From assembly GCA_963706595.1 (NCBI GenBank), contig OY970166.1:4096001-4160000 (forward strand): a DNA stretch of 64,000 nt, given 5' to 3'. The notes under the pieces are model-generated. The model did not search any database. It was not told where the DNA came from and was given only the letters and a program-made list of their open reading frames with translations. The stretch is from an uncultured cyanobacterium (GTDB taxonomy: Bacteria > Cyanobacteriota > Cyanobacteriia > Cyanobacteriales > Nostocaceae). A program made the position numbers and the translations under genes. Of the stretch, positions 38,771-49,740 are shown in pieces; positions within the stretch are counted from its first letter, which is position 1; every line of letters starts with the position of its first letter.

Positions 38771-40129
38771 TTATAGTAAAGGTAATAATATTTGAAATTC
38801 ATTGCCTATACCCAGTTGTGAACGAAAGTTTAATTTACCACCATGCCTTCCTGCTATAATTCGATAACTCATTCCTAAACTAGTTTCTTGATCAGCCCAT
38901 TTTTCCAAAGAAAAAGATTCGATCATTTGTTGTTGCGATTCTGGAGACATACCTGGTCCATTATCAGCAATGCAGACTGAAACCCAACGGGAATCAGGCG
39001 AATCTGCCTGGGTAGCTTCTAGGGAAATGATTTCTGTAGTAATTTCAATTCGTGGTTTAGCAGCAGAATTTGGATATTCTTGATGAAAACTTTGCCGCAC
39101 TGATTGATTAAGTAAAGCCTCTACAGATTGGCTTAAAATATTCATCAATGCTTGGTTAAACTGCCCCCGAAAGCAATAAATTGGTGGTAGTTTACCGTAA
39201 TTTTTAATTATTTCAATTTTTCCTTTTAATTTACTTTTAAGAAGCAGGATAATATTATCTATACAGGCGTGTAAGTCCACTGGTTTGGGATGAACTTCAT
39301 CGATATAGCAAAAATTTTGTAAGCCAATGACAAGTTTTTTTAATCTTTCTGCTCCGGTGCGAATACTCGTCAGAGCTTTTGATAAATCTTTTTCTAAAAA
39401 ATCAAATTCAATTTCTTCTTTAAAATTGTTAATTCTCTCAGAAATTTGAGGTAACTCTTGGTCATACTCAGCTATAAGCTTGAGTAAATCTTGACTGTAG
39501 TTAAATATGTAAGTTAAATTACCCCAGATAAAACTAAGGGGGTCGAGAATCTCGTGTACTACTCCATCTACCAAACGCCCTAGACGAACCATTTTGTCAT
39601 TTTGAATCATTTGGATTTGGCTGCGTTCATAGCGCACTTGAGTCTCGATTCCTTGGATTTGCCAAGCTGCGATATTTAAGTCATGTATATCTAATAATTT
39701 GTAGCTATTAGCGGCTGTTTGCACTACTATTGGTTCTGCTAAAAATTCAGGCGATCGCCTGAGAGTATGTTCTAGGGCTGTTAAAATCGATGTTGTTCCC
39801 GGTAGCAGCAAAATAGCTGTGCGTGCATAACTGTAAAGTACACCCAATGTTTCTTGGGTAAATAACTCTTGTCCACGAGGGCGTAGCGGAAATTCCAGAA
39901 GTCTTCGCCGCGAAATCATTCCCAGAAATTTTCCCTGTTCTAACAAGATTACTCCTGGTAGCAGTGGATATTTGTCTAAAAAATGAGCAACTTCAGCCCC
40001 ACTACAACTAATTTCTACCTGAAAATTGTATATTGGTAGTTCTTGGATTACTGACTCTAAATCGAGATCGCGATCGCTACCACGAGAAAAAACTGGCGGC
40101 GAAATCAAGGAATGAAAATCTTGTGGCAC
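38771..40129 (-). CDS. Histidine-kinase-like protein with N-terminal CBS-like region and degenerate ATPase boxes
   Basis: H-box VHEILDPL and G1 DNGPGM; N and G2 boxes non-canonical. Confidence 0.8.
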   Translation of the reverse strand: MPQDFHSLISPPVFSRGSDRDLDLESVIQELPIYNFQVEISCSGAEVAHFLDKYPLLPGVILLEQGKFLGMISRRRLLEFPLRPRGQELFTQETLGVLYSYARTAILLLPGTTSILTALEHTLRRSPEFLAEPIVVQTAANSYKLLDIHDLNIAAWQIQGIETQVRYERSQIQMIQNDKMVRLGRLVDGVVHEILDPLSFIWGNLTYIFNYSQDLLKLIAEYDQELPQISERINNFKEEIEFDFLEKDLSKALTSIRTGAERLKKLVIGLQNFCYIDEVHPKPVDLHACIDNIILLLKSKLKGKIEIIKNYGKLPPIYCFRGQFNQALMNILSQSVEALLNQSVRQSFHQEYPNSAAKPRIEITTEIISLEATQADSPDSRWVSVCIADNGPGMSPESQQQMIESFSLEKWADQETSLGMSYRIIAGRHGGKLNFRSQLGIGNEFQILLPLL

Positions 40130-40780
40130 TGGTGACTCTAATTTGGATAAAATCAGGTAATCTGCTTATATTTTACTCCTTAGCAGTCTTTAGCGATCTG
40201 AGAAATTTTTAATTTATTAGATCACGAAAGCTAAACTGCAATTTCACGCTGGATCTCAGTCCTGGAGAAATCTTTACGTGAAAATACTCTTTTTTCTTTA
40301 CCTATTTGTTGCATCTTGGGCTTGCCATTTTGAAGTTTTTATAGTAAAAAATCAACCATTGCTGATGTAGAATTTTGCCAAAAAGCTGCAAAATTAAAAA
40401 CCTTAGCGATCCCCGAATGTTTAAACACTGTGAACAGTTTATGAAATTTCAGGGAAGATCACATCCTGACGTACTAGTTTACAGTAAGTATAAACATTAA
40501 GTAATCACAAGTCATGCAGGTAGATGCTTATTTCCCAAAACTCGGAACAATTTCGGAAGTGAGACCATCTTCAAATCAGCCAGCGTCAGTAAATGCACAG
40601 AATTAAACAAAACTATCAACAACTCCCTCGCAGTGATCAGCGCTTAAGCGTAACTAGAAACAGTACCCTAACTTCGGGTTCAAATCAGCTTCAGTTACCC
40701 ATAGATGCTTTTGATCCCCATTCGGATAGAATGGCTAGACATAACCTAAAAACTTTCAACCGCTTTTGACTGCGATACCC

Positions 40781-41836
40781 ATGAATCAACTGAACAATGG
40801 TTTCACTATATTTCTGAGTTTGCTAGTCGAGGCGATGCCGTTTTTGCTATTTGGAGTTTTATTCTCCAGTGTGCTGCTGATTTTTATCGATGAGCGAAAA
40901 TTAGTCGCCAGAATGCCCAGAAATCCAGTCTTGGGTGCTTTAGCAGGCAGTCTCATCGGCTTTATGTTCCCCGTGTGTGAGTGCGGTAATGTCCCGGTAG
41001 CGCGGCGGTTGCTGATGCAGGGAGTACCCACACCCGTGGCCATTGGATTTTTGCTCGCAGCACCCACAATTAACCCCATTGTCATTTGGGCAACTTGGAT
41101 AGCCTTTCGAGACCAGCCAGAAATAGTAGTATTACGAGTGGTATTTTCGCTGGTAATTGCCGTAACTATTGGCATTGTTTTCAGTTTTCAGAAAGATGTA
41201 ACTCCTCTTGTGCAACCTGCGATCGCGCGTTATCTCAAATTCAACCCCCCAGCCGGGACAGAAACTCAACATGGTGGCAGAGGATACGCCGCACCACCAA
41301 CCGCAAAAGTACCCAGTGTATTGAAATCGGGGACTTATATTTTAGGCGGAAAACCAGGACTAACTCAGCGCTTAGATCCGAATTTATTACAGACGACCAC
41401 CGCCACCGCCAGCCCCAATAAAACAGTGATGGATAAACTCCGCCTGGTTTTGGATAATGTCATGCAGGAATTGCGAGAACTAGGCGGCGTGATGGTTTTA
41501 GGTAGTGCGATCGCCGCTTCTGTACAAGTATTTGCTCCCCGTGACTTAATCCTCACCTTGGGTGCGGGACACATCAGTTCAATTGTGGTCATGCTGATCT
41601 TAGCCGCAGTTGTATCAGTCTGTTCCACAGTCGATTCCTTCTTTGCCCTGTCATTTGCCTCAGCTTTTAGTAGTGGTTCCTTGTTAGCATTTTTAGTATT
41701 TGGCCCTATGGTTGACATCAAAAGTATCGGATTAATGTTAACCGTTTTCAACCCCAAAACCATATTTTACTTATTTGCTTTAGCAGCACAATTGACCTTT
41801 GTATTAACGCTGTTCATGAACTTGTATGTGATGTAA
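40781..41836 (+). CDS. Permease (DUF318/YcgR-like)
   Basis: FPVCECGNVP, FLLAAPTINP, VCSTVD and LVFGPMVD motifs. Confidence 0.88.
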   Translation: MNQLNNGFTIFLSLLVEAMPFLLFGVLFSSVLLIFIDERKLVARMPRNPVLGALAGSLIGFMFPVCECGNVPVARRLLMQGVPTPVAIGFLLAAPTINPIVIWATWIAFRDQPEIVVLRVVFSLVIAVTIGIVFSFQKDVTPLVQPAIARYLKFNPPAGTETQHGGRGYAAPPTAKVPSVLKSGTYILGGKPGLTQRLDPNLLQTTTATASPNKTVMDKLRLVLDNVMQELRELGGVMVLGSAIAASVQVFAPRDLILTLGAGHISSIVVMLILAAVVSVCSTVDSFFALSFASAFSSGSLLAFLVFGPMVDIKSIGLMLTVFNPKTIFYLFALAAQLTFVLTLFMNLYVM

Positions 41837-42126
41837 ACCAGTTAACAGTTATCAGTTATCAGTGATTCAGGTGGATGCTAGAGAATTTAAACCCGCAATC
41901 AACCCTTACCATTCATCGGAATTGAGTTATTAGTTTTCAATTTATTCAGTCAACGCCGAACTAGCGGAATTCTTCAACTCAAATATTTCTTTTGACTGAT
42001 AACTGCTACATTCTTCTCCCCTGCCCCCTGCTCCCCTGCCCCTTGCCCCCTGCCCCCTGCCCCCTGCTCCCCTGCCCCCTGCTCCCCTGCCCCCTGCCCC
42101 CTGCTCCCCTGCCTCTTTTTTAACCA

Positions 42127-42894
42127 ATGGCTAAAAAAACCAAAATTCCCCTGCAAAATATTTTATTACCCTGGATTGATGTCTTAGCCGTGACAACTTG
42201 GGGCATTTTAATGCTGCAATACTGGCTATCAGGCAAATTATATTTGTTGATTCACCCCAATTTCTTTGGGTTAGTCATCGGATGTGGCATCGTCTTACTG
42301 ATAATTGGTTTGTTGAAGATGCGAGAACTTTGGCAGCAACGTCGCCGGGCGAATACATCTAACCTTCAGCATATTAATTTATTTCCCCCTGGCTGGGGTA
42401 GCGCCTTGTTATTAACTGCGGCGATTTTGGGGTTAATGATTACACCCCGCGTTTTTGCTAGTGACACTGCCATGCAGTTGGGTGTAACCGATTTACTATC
42501 CACCGGACGGGTTCAACCCCAATCCTTTCGTCCTTCTATTCGCCCAGAAGATCGCTCACTGGTGGATTGGGCGCGCACAATTAACGTCTACCCAGAACCA
42601 GACTCTTATACAGGACAAGATGCCAAAGTTCAGGGGTTTGTGATTCACCCACCAGATATAGGAGAAGAATATATTTTCTTAGCGCGATTTGTGCTGACTT
42701 GTTGTGCCGCAGATGCTTATCCGGTAGGATTACCAGTCAAACTCCCAGAAAATCAAAAACGCTATTCTCCTGATACTTGGCTGGAAGTGGAAGGAAAAAT
42801 GATCACAGAAACTTTAGCAGGTAAACGCAACTTGACTATTGCTGCTACCTCCATCAAAGAAATTCCCCAACCCCGCAATCCTTATAGTTATTAA
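42127..42894 (+). CDS. TIGR03943/YcgQ-like (DUF1980) putative permease subunit
   Basis: LLIHP, ARFVLTCCAADA and PRNPY motifs. Confidence 0.87.
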   Translation: MAKKTKIPLQNILLPWIDVLAVTTWGILMLQYWLSGKLYLLIHPNFFGLVIGCGIVLLIIGLLKMRELWQQRRRANTSNLQHINLFPPGWGSALLLTAAILGLMITPRVFASDTAMQLGVTDLLSTGRVQPQSFRPSIRPEDRSLVDWARTINVYPEPDSYTGQDAKVQGFVIHPPDIGEEYIFLARFVLTCCAADAYPVGLPVKLPENQKRYSPDTWLEVEGKMITETLAGKRNLTIAATSIKEIPQPRNPYSY

Positions 42895-42939
42895 TAACTA
42901 ATCACTGACAACGAAAAACTAATCACTGATAATTGAAAA

Positions 42940-44430
42940 ATGGCTACACCCAAGACATTTATCCAACCACTAGATCGCGTGGCGATCGCATTGATGCTGC
43001 TACTAACTCTGCTGATTGGATTCATGATATTAAAAGGTGATGTGGTGGCAGTTCGTGTCCGAGAATTTACTTGGCAAAATCAACAAATTGGCGCAGAGGA
43101 TATTTCCTTCACTCTCAATTTTAGTCGCCCAATGGACATCAAAAGTGTAGAGGAAAACTTGAGAATTGAGCCGCCTCTAGCAGGTAAAATCAGTTGGGCG
43201 GGGCGACGGATGGTTTATACACTGCTTACACCAGCACCCTATGGTACGAATTATGAAGTGCGGTTGCAAGAAGCGAGAGATAGGTTTGCCGAAAAAGAAG
43301 GGGAAAATCGAGTCATACAGCCCTTTACAGGCAACTTTAGATCCCGCGATCGCGTGATCATGTACATAGGAGCCGATCCAGAAAATCAAGGTCAGTTAGT
43401 TATTTACAATTTAACCGAAGAGATCAAAAAGATAATTACCCCCAAAGACCTGATCGTGATGGACTTTAAGCCATTTCCAGATGGGGAAAAGATTTTATTT
43501 TCAGCTCGTACTTCTAATAACCAAGACTTACTCTCAGCCCAGTTATATACAGTCACAACAGGCATTTCCACACAGCCGGAAACATCAGCAGCACCAGCAG
43601 GTAAAGTTGACCTAGTTTTAGACAACAAACAATATCAAAACCTGAAATTTGACTTATCGCCAGATGGCGAAACAATTGTTGTGCAGCGAGGGAACAGAAA
43701 CAATCCCAGCGATTTTGGGCTATGGTTCATGCCCACCACTAGCAATACCAGAGAAAGACCCACTCCCCAACGCCTCAAAAGCGAGCCAGGGGGAGACTTT
43801 ATGATTACACCCGATAGTAAAGCCGTAGCAGTTGCCCAAGGTCAAGGAGCAGCCATTCTACCATTACAAACTGATGCCAGCAAACCCCTTGATTTTCTCC
43901 CACAATTTGGGTTAGTCCAGTCTTTTTCTAAAGACGGCTCCCAAGCAGCAATGGTAAAATTTAATACAGATTATACAAGGGATTTGTTTTTAGTCACCAA
44001 CCAAGGCATCCAGAAACCTCTGTTAAAAACTACAGGTTCCATTATCAACTGCCAATTTGACCCCGCTTCACCGACCCTCTACTGTTTGCTGACACAGCTA
44101 ATATCCGATGAAGAATATGTAGAACAGCCTTATTTAGTCGCCATTGACCTAAATACTGGAGAACAAAAACCACTGTTGTTACTACCAATCGAACAGAGGA
44201 ATGTGCAAATGAGTTTAGCACCGGATGGTTTGGGTTTGCTCTTTGATCAAGTCATGCCACAAGTAGATCCCGTAGCCTTAAATACAAACGTACTCAAAAC
44301 CGAAGATGGAGAGGCGATCGCCACTAGTAGCTTGTGGTTAATGCCTTTATTACCCATTGATGATGCCAACACCACAATCAGACCAGAAAAACTACCCTTA
44401 GTGGGATTTCATCCCCGTTGGTTGCCATAA
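42940..44430 (+). CDS. Membrane-anchored Ig-like plus TolB-like beta-propeller protein
   Basis: TM helix, FSRPMD..SVE Ig-like motif, repeated PDG turns, C-terminal PRWLP. Confidence 0.8.
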   Translation: MATPKTFIQPLDRVAIALMLLLTLLIGFMILKGDVVAVRVREFTWQNQQIGAEDISFTLNFSRPMDIKSVEENLRIEPPLAGKISWAGRRMVYTLLTPAPYGTNYEVRLQEARDRFAEKEGENRVIQPFTGNFRSRDRVIMYIGADPENQGQLVIYNLTEEIKKIITPKDLIVMDFKPFPDGEKILFSARTSNNQDLLSAQLYTVTTGISTQPETSAAPAGKVDLVLDNKQYQNLKFDLSPDGETIVVQRGNRNNPSDFGLWFMPTTSNTRERPTPQRLKSEPGGDFMITPDSKAVAVAQGQGAAILPLQTDASKPLDFLPQFGLVQSFSKDGSQAAMVKFNTDYTRDLFLVTNQGIQKPLLKTTGSIINCQFDPASPTLYCLLTQLISDEEYVEQPYLVAIDLNTGEQKPLLLLPIEQRNVQMSLAPDGLGLLFDQVMPQVDPVALNTNVLKTEDGEAIATSSLWLMPLLPIDDANTTIRPEKLPLVGFHPRWLP

Positions 44431-44848
44431 GCATACCCAGTGGGTACAAGCAAGTGCTGAGTATCAACCCAGTCCTTCATAGCTCTGATAAATATCATGC
44501 ATAAATATTAACAACAGTCAAGCAGGTTGCAACCCTTTCTCAGCATCTGCAAGCCAACCTGTATATTAGTAGTATTTGCACCATAGTTCCCATAGTTCCC
44601 CTCAATTCCCAAGGTTGACGGGGGATAAGCCCTTAATGTTATAACGGCATCAGGTCTAAATAAAAAAAACGGCAATATTGATTTATGACTAATCACTGAT
44701 AATTGGCAGCAGTCTAACTTAGCTTCTAGAGTAAATCCTGATCTGACGTAATTGATCAGCAATGTTAAACATAGCAATACTAAACATTTTTTAAGTGAGT
44801 GGGTCAAGAGTGATAGATAAACCTGACACCTCAAACAACAGGGCGAGA

Positions 44849-46366
44849 ATGGAATCCCTAAATTCTGATAATTCACGACAACCGGATCAGCCTAGCTGTC
44901 CATTTTACTCAATTGTGCCTCCCGACAACATGGCCAATCAACAACTGCCGCTTCTCAAACCTGCTGTGGAACCACACTCAGAAGTACAAACTCCTGACTC
45001 TCCGCAGGACGCAACTCAATCAGACTGGGTTGTGGAACCTAATAGCGAACAACAAATACTGGTTGATACTGAATTTAAAAAGCTACTGCTATTGAATGAA
45101 GAATTGCGTGCAGCAAACAACCAGTTGTATGAGGAAGTGGAGCATCTCAAAGATGACCTCGCCGAATCAGAAAAGGCTTTGCAGTGGCAGAAAAGGCGTT
45201 CTAGTGTCGCCGAATCAATGATGAACCAACAAACCAAAGAACTGGCCGCAGCCCAAGAACAAATTAAATCTCTATTCCAAGAGTTAGAATCAGCCGGACA
45301 AACTGTTCAACGCCAAGCAAACTTTATTGAAACTCATAAAGCACAACTACAACTTAGTCAACAGCGTCTGGCTCAACTAGAGCGAGAATGTGCGCTGCTG
45401 CAAACTAACTATAACGAACAGTCTCAACAAGCATTACAATCAGAAAATACCTGTCGAGAGCTACGTAGTAGGCTAATGCGTCAACAACGCCAAACCCTAC
45501 AATTTAAAGCAGCTCTAGAGAAATGTCTGGAGCCACCCGGACTTAATGATTCCTCTGAAGATACAGCCAATTACCAAACAAGATTTTCGAGAAAGGCTCG
45601 GTCTTTGTTTCCGAATGTGCAGCCCATTAGACCTTGGTCAGCAGAATCAGAATCCAATGGTGAGCAATTCGATTCTCCTTGGAATCAATCTATGGCTCCG
45701 CCACACAAACTATCAACATCACCCATAAACAGCACTCATAATTCTGAGCCGATTCCATCATCGCCTGATCACTTGCCAATTCAGGAAGACACACCCATTC
45801 CCTCACAACCAGCAGTCTCAGAAATTGACGATTCTCCCACTAAATCAGCAAATATTTCATCTCTGGAGTCATCAAAGCTAGATGATCAATTGGATAGTCT
45901 GATCCAAATGTTTTTTACTACTGAACCTGCATCTACATCGCCACCCCCGGCCGAAACTCATGCAGACAGCAGTCAAACTCCAGCGCCTATTTGGGAGACT
46001 TGGGGTACAACCAAGGAAAATGATCAGCAATTAGAAACTTTACCAGAACAGCAATTAGAAATCTTGACAAAAGAGGCAGATGCCCCACCTTCATCTGTAA
46101 ATAATTCACCAGAATCTTTCACTATCCCTTTGAGCGAGACAACTGTTGAGAGGTCATCTAGGGAAGCATTGGAAAATTATTGGTTAGAAAACTCAAAATC
46201 ACATCAGGCTGATTTTGTTTTAGATGATTCTGGAGACTACCCCGAAGATACTCAATCGCCCTCACCAGTGGTTTATCCCCAGCGTCCCCCTAAAGGGCGT
46301 AAGTCTTTATCATCAGTAGAATTACCAAATTTCCGCACAAGTAATCAATTTAATCATCCTCAATGA
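44849..46366 (+). CDS. Coiled-coil protein with disordered C-terminal half (start uncertain)
   Basis: Long Gln/Glu-rich heptad region; terminal RKSLSSVELPNF motif. Confidence 0.8.
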   Translation: MESLNSDNSRQPDQPSCPFYSIVPPDNMANQQLPLLKPAVEPHSEVQTPDSPQDATQSDWVVEPNSEQQILVDTEFKKLLLLNEELRAANNQLYEEVEHLKDDLAESEKALQWQKRRSSVAESMMNQQTKELAAAQEQIKSLFQELESAGQTVQRQANFIETHKAQLQLSQQRLAQLERECALLQTNYNEQSQQALQSENTCRELRSRLMRQQRQTLQFKAALEKCLEPPGLNDSSEDTANYQTRFSRKARSLFPNVQPIRPWSAESESNGEQFDSPWNQSMAPPHKLSTSPINSTHNSEPIPSSPDHLPIQEDTPIPSQPAVSEIDDSPTKSANISSLESSKLDDQLDSLIQMFFTTEPASTSPPPAETHADSSQTPAPIWETWGTTKENDQQLETLPEQQLEILTKEADAPPSSVNNSPESFTIPLSETTVERSSREALENYWLENSKSHQADFVLDDSGDYPEDTQSPSPVVYPQRPPKGRKSLSSVELPNFRTSNQFNHPQ

Positions 46367-46605
46367 TTCGTGATTCCATTTTGGATTTTGGATTTACGTT
46401 AGCGAAGCGTACGCAGCGCAGCGAGTATTTTGCATTAATCTCTCCTGATAAAGAAGAGGCTTAAAGATGGAAAACTTTTTGTTTTTCTTCTGCGTGAACC
46501 CAGAGGCTTGAAACCAAATATTTGAGATTTCAGATTTTCATTTAATCCAAAATTTAAAATCTAAAATCTAAAATCTAAAATCGCTTCGGTCAGGACTAAT
46601 GACTA

Positions 46606-47238
46606 ATGGCTAACCATTACAGATATATTATTTTTTACAAACCCTACGGAGTCCTCAGCCAGTTTACGCAAGAAACACCGAAACATAGTACCTTGAAGGA
46701 CTATATCCAGGTTGCCGATGTTTATCCTGTGGGGCGTTTGGATTGGGACAGCGAAGGTTTATTACTATTGACCAATGATGGACAATTACAACATCGCCTC
46801 GCCCATCCTCGCTTCGGACATCAACGCACTTACTGGGTGCAGGTAGAGCGCATTCCAGATGTGGATGCTATCAACAATTTACAAACAGGTGTGGAAATTC
46901 AAGATTACCGCACTCAACCAGCGCAAGTCAGACTGTTATTAGAAGCGCCGCTTCTACCTGAACGCAACCCGCCCATTAGATTTCGCAAAAATATCCCCAC
47001 ATCTTGGTTAGAAATGACATTGACAGAGGGAAAAAATCGTCAAGTGCGGCGAATGACTGCGGCTGTAGGGTTTCCCACTTTGCGACTCGTCAGGGTGAGT
47101 ATAGCCCATCTCAATCTGGATGGTTTACAACTGGGTGAGTGGCGCGACCTCATGCCATCAGAACTGGAATTTTTGCATAATTCGCCTAAAAACTACAAAA
47201 GTGTGGCTAGAAGTCTGACTGCTAGGCGAAAGCTATAA
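46606..47238 (+). CDS. rluE: rRNA pseudouridine synthase (RsuA/RluE family)
   Basis: [26 protein letters not shown] and [10 protein letters not shown]. Confidence 0.85.
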   Translation: MANHYRYIIFYKPYGVLSQFTQETPKHSTLKDYIQVADVYPVGRLDWDSEGLLLLTNDGQLQHRLAHPRFGHQRTYWVQVERIPDVDAINNLQTGVEIQDYRTQPAQVRLLLEAPLLPERNPPIRFRKNIPTSWLEMTLTEGKNRQVRRMTAAVGFPTLRLVRVSIAHLNLDGLQLGEWRDLMPSELEFLHNSPKNYKSVARSLTARRKL

Positions 47239-47519
47239 TGTCCCTACTGTGAATTGGGTTGGGAATTTTGTCATCTCCTCAGCGCCCTGTCCGTTGCTAT
47301 AGAAGAGGATAGTTGAGTTTTTACCAATAAATTTGATACAATTGAATTGGTTGCTTCACCTCTAGACAGCCCTTCGGGGAAACCTACGTGAAAACGTTGG
47401 ACAACGAGAAAAGAAGTAGGCACATCTTGATCAATATAAGTTACCAATGTGTTTGTCCGATAGCGCGAATAAGCCAGCATCATCCAGGGCAGTAAAACTT
47501 GTAGGGGTTAATTAACAGC

Positions 47520-47619
47520 ATTCCGTGGACTTAAAACAAAGCTCAACGCCTCCGAAGCAATAGCTGGATTGGTTGAGAAGCCTACACACTATGCTTGCAT
47601 CAGTGTAGGATTATGTCAC
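47520..47619 (+). mobile_element. Degenerate IS200/IS605 (TnpB-type) right-end remnant
   Basis: AACGCC...AGAAGCCTACACACT...AGTGTAGGATTATGTCAC hairpin ending in TCAC, resembling cyanobacterial tnpB right ends (from memory). Confidence 0.45.
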
Positions 47620-47661
47620 TGAATAGAAGCAGCTTGGAGCCAGAATGAAGGAACTTCTACT

Positions 47662-49653
47662 ATGCTGATTTGCCCTCAGTGTACATTTGAAAACCCCAAC
47701 ACGAACAAATTTTGTCAAAGCTGTGGTGCATCGCTGACCCACAATATTTGTGCTGAGTGCAGTGCCGAAGTACCTGTGAATGCACAAGTTTGTCATAACT
47801 GTGGTGCAGAATGCGGAATAGTTTGGCAGGCAATTATTGCCAAGGAAGGTAGTGAGGACTGGGTGCTGGGTATTGGGGAAGAAGGAGAAAACACAGCTTT
47901 AGAAGCAAATGAGCCGGAAAATTTCCCCACTCCCGCCATTTCTCTGTTACAACTCACAGCAGGTTCTTATTTAGACCAAGAACAGCGCTATCAATTGTTA
48001 GAACCGCTATCAGCCGCAGAGGGAAATTTGTCCAAGGCTGAAATATGCGTGAAAGTTTTGGACTGTTTGCCATATCAAATTTCGCCGATTGAGGCCATGC
48101 TAGCCAATCAGCAAGAGGGACTGGTGGTATCACCAGGGGAAATGAGTCAAATCTCTCGCCTGGCTAAAGCTTATATTGTCTTGCAATCCCAAACTCACCC
48201 AGGCATACCAGCAATTCATGATGCTTGGCAACAATCTGGTCTTCAGGTGTTGTTAATCGAAGATCGTTCAGATTGGCAGTCTTTATTAGATTTATGGCAA
48301 TCTGAAGAAACGTCCATGTTGCAAATTTTACACTGTCTTTATCAGATGACCCAACTCTGGTCTGTGTTAGAAACAGTGAATTGTCGTCAAAGTTTGCTGG
48401 ATGTGTCGAATCTCTGCTTAGACGAAGACCAAACACTGGCGCTACAAAGGTTGTATGTAGAATCACTAGATGAACAGCCAATTATGGCATCACCTGATTT
48501 GGGAGAAGTAGAAAAATTTACAATCCCAGGGCAACCTTTAACTATCCAAGCTTTGGGGCAAGTTTGGCAGGCACTATTTAGAGAGTCTCAACGCACTCAG
48601 TTTGGCTCTGTAGTGCAGATTTTAGAAGATTTGGAACTCGGTAAAATTCCAACTGTTGAGCAGTTGCGATCGCGTTTAGAAGAGATCGCCACTGAATTAG
48701 AAACACCAATCACGGCAAATATTGATCCAATGGAAGAAAAAGAGACTGCCTCACCCACTATTTTACAAGTAGATGATTTAGAAAATTTCTCTGCCAAAGC
48801 TGATGATTTGCCAACTGTTCTGCTATCAATGCAATTGAATAGTTTGGAAGATGCCGGACGTACTGATGTCGGTCGTCAACGTCATCACAATGAGGACTGC
48901 TTTGGCATTGAAACCAAAATCAACAAGCTGGAACTGCCCCGAAACCGAATTTTACAAGCCCGTGGTTTGTATATCCTCTGTGATGGGATGGGTGGACACG
49001 CCGGGGGTGAGATAGCCAGTGAGTTAGCAGTTAACACTCTCAGGCAATATTTTGATGCACATTGGATGGCTAACCAAATGCCCACGGAAAATATGCTCCG
49101 TGAGGCGGTATATTTAGCTAATCAAGCAATTTATGAGGTAAATCAAGAAGAAGTCCGTTCTGGCACCAAGCGTATGGGTACTACCTTGGTGATGCTCTTA
49201 ATTGAAGGTACTCAAGCCGCAGTCGCCCACGTAGGAGATAGTCGCCTTTATCGCCTGACACGGAAGCAGGGATTGCAACAAATCACAGTAGACCACGAAG
49301 TAGGTCAACGAGAAATTTCTAGAGGTGTGGAAGCCAGTATAGCTTATGCCCGTGCGGATGCTTACCAGCTAACTCAGGCCTTGGGACCTCGTGATCAAAA
49401 CTCAATTAATCCCGATGTCGAATTTTTTGAGATTACTGAAGATAGCCTCTTCATTCTGGTATCAGATGGCTTATCAGATAATGATGTCCTGGAAATTCAT
49501 GGGCAGAATCAGCTAATTCCCCTGCTGAGTACTGGCGCTAACTTGGAACAGGGAGTCACAGAATTAATTGATTTGGCAAACCAATACAATGGTCATGACA
49601 ACATTACTGCTATACTTATCCGGGCTAAATTGCGCCCAAATATGGAGAGTTAA
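47662..49653 (+). CDS. PP2C-type Ser/Thr phosphatase with N-terminal double zinc ribbon
   Basis: Four CxxC motifs; TDVGRQRHHNED, CDGMGGHAGG, VGDSR, SDGL and GHDNIT. Confidence 0.93.
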   Translation: MLICPQCTFENPNTNKFCQSCGASLTHNICAECSAEVPVNAQVCHNCGAECGIVWQAIIAKEGSEDWVLGIGEEGENTALEANEPENFPTPAISLLQLTAGSYLDQEQRYQLLEPLSAAEGNLSKAEICVKVLDCLPYQISPIEAMLANQQEGLVVSPGEMSQISRLAKAYIVLQSQTHPGIPAIHDAWQQSGLQVLLIEDRSDWQSLLDLWQSEETSMLQILHCLYQMTQLWSVLETVNCRQSLLDVSNLCLDEDQTLALQRLYVESLDEQPIMASPDLGEVEKFTIPGQPLTIQALGQVWQALFRESQRTQFGSVVQILEDLELGKIPTVEQLRSRLEEIATELETPITANIDPMEEKETASPTILQVDDLENFSAKADDLPTVLLSMQLNSLEDAGRTDVGRQRHHNEDCFGIETKINKLELPRNRILQARGLYILCDGMGGHAGGEIASELAVNTLRQYFDAHWMANQMPTENMLREAVYLANQAIYEVNQEEVRSGTKRMGTTLVMLLIEGTQAAVAHVGDSRLYRLTRKQGLQQITVDHEVGQREISRGVEASIAYARADAYQLTQALGPRDQNSINPDVEFFEITEDSLFILVSDGLSDNDVLEIHGQNQLIPLLSTGANLEQGVTELIDLANQYNGHDNITAILIRAKLRPNMES

Positions 49654-49740
49654 AAATACCAAAGGAAGTGCGAAGTAGTAAATTATTTTCTCATCCCTAA
49701 TGCCTAATCCCTAATTGTTTAAGCTTATGCAGGTCGTATT

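Noticed and set aside
44508..44876. 122-aa minus-strand ORF in the intergenic region
   Set aside because: No motifs, atypical composition, overlaps the likely promoter and start of the coiled-coil gene
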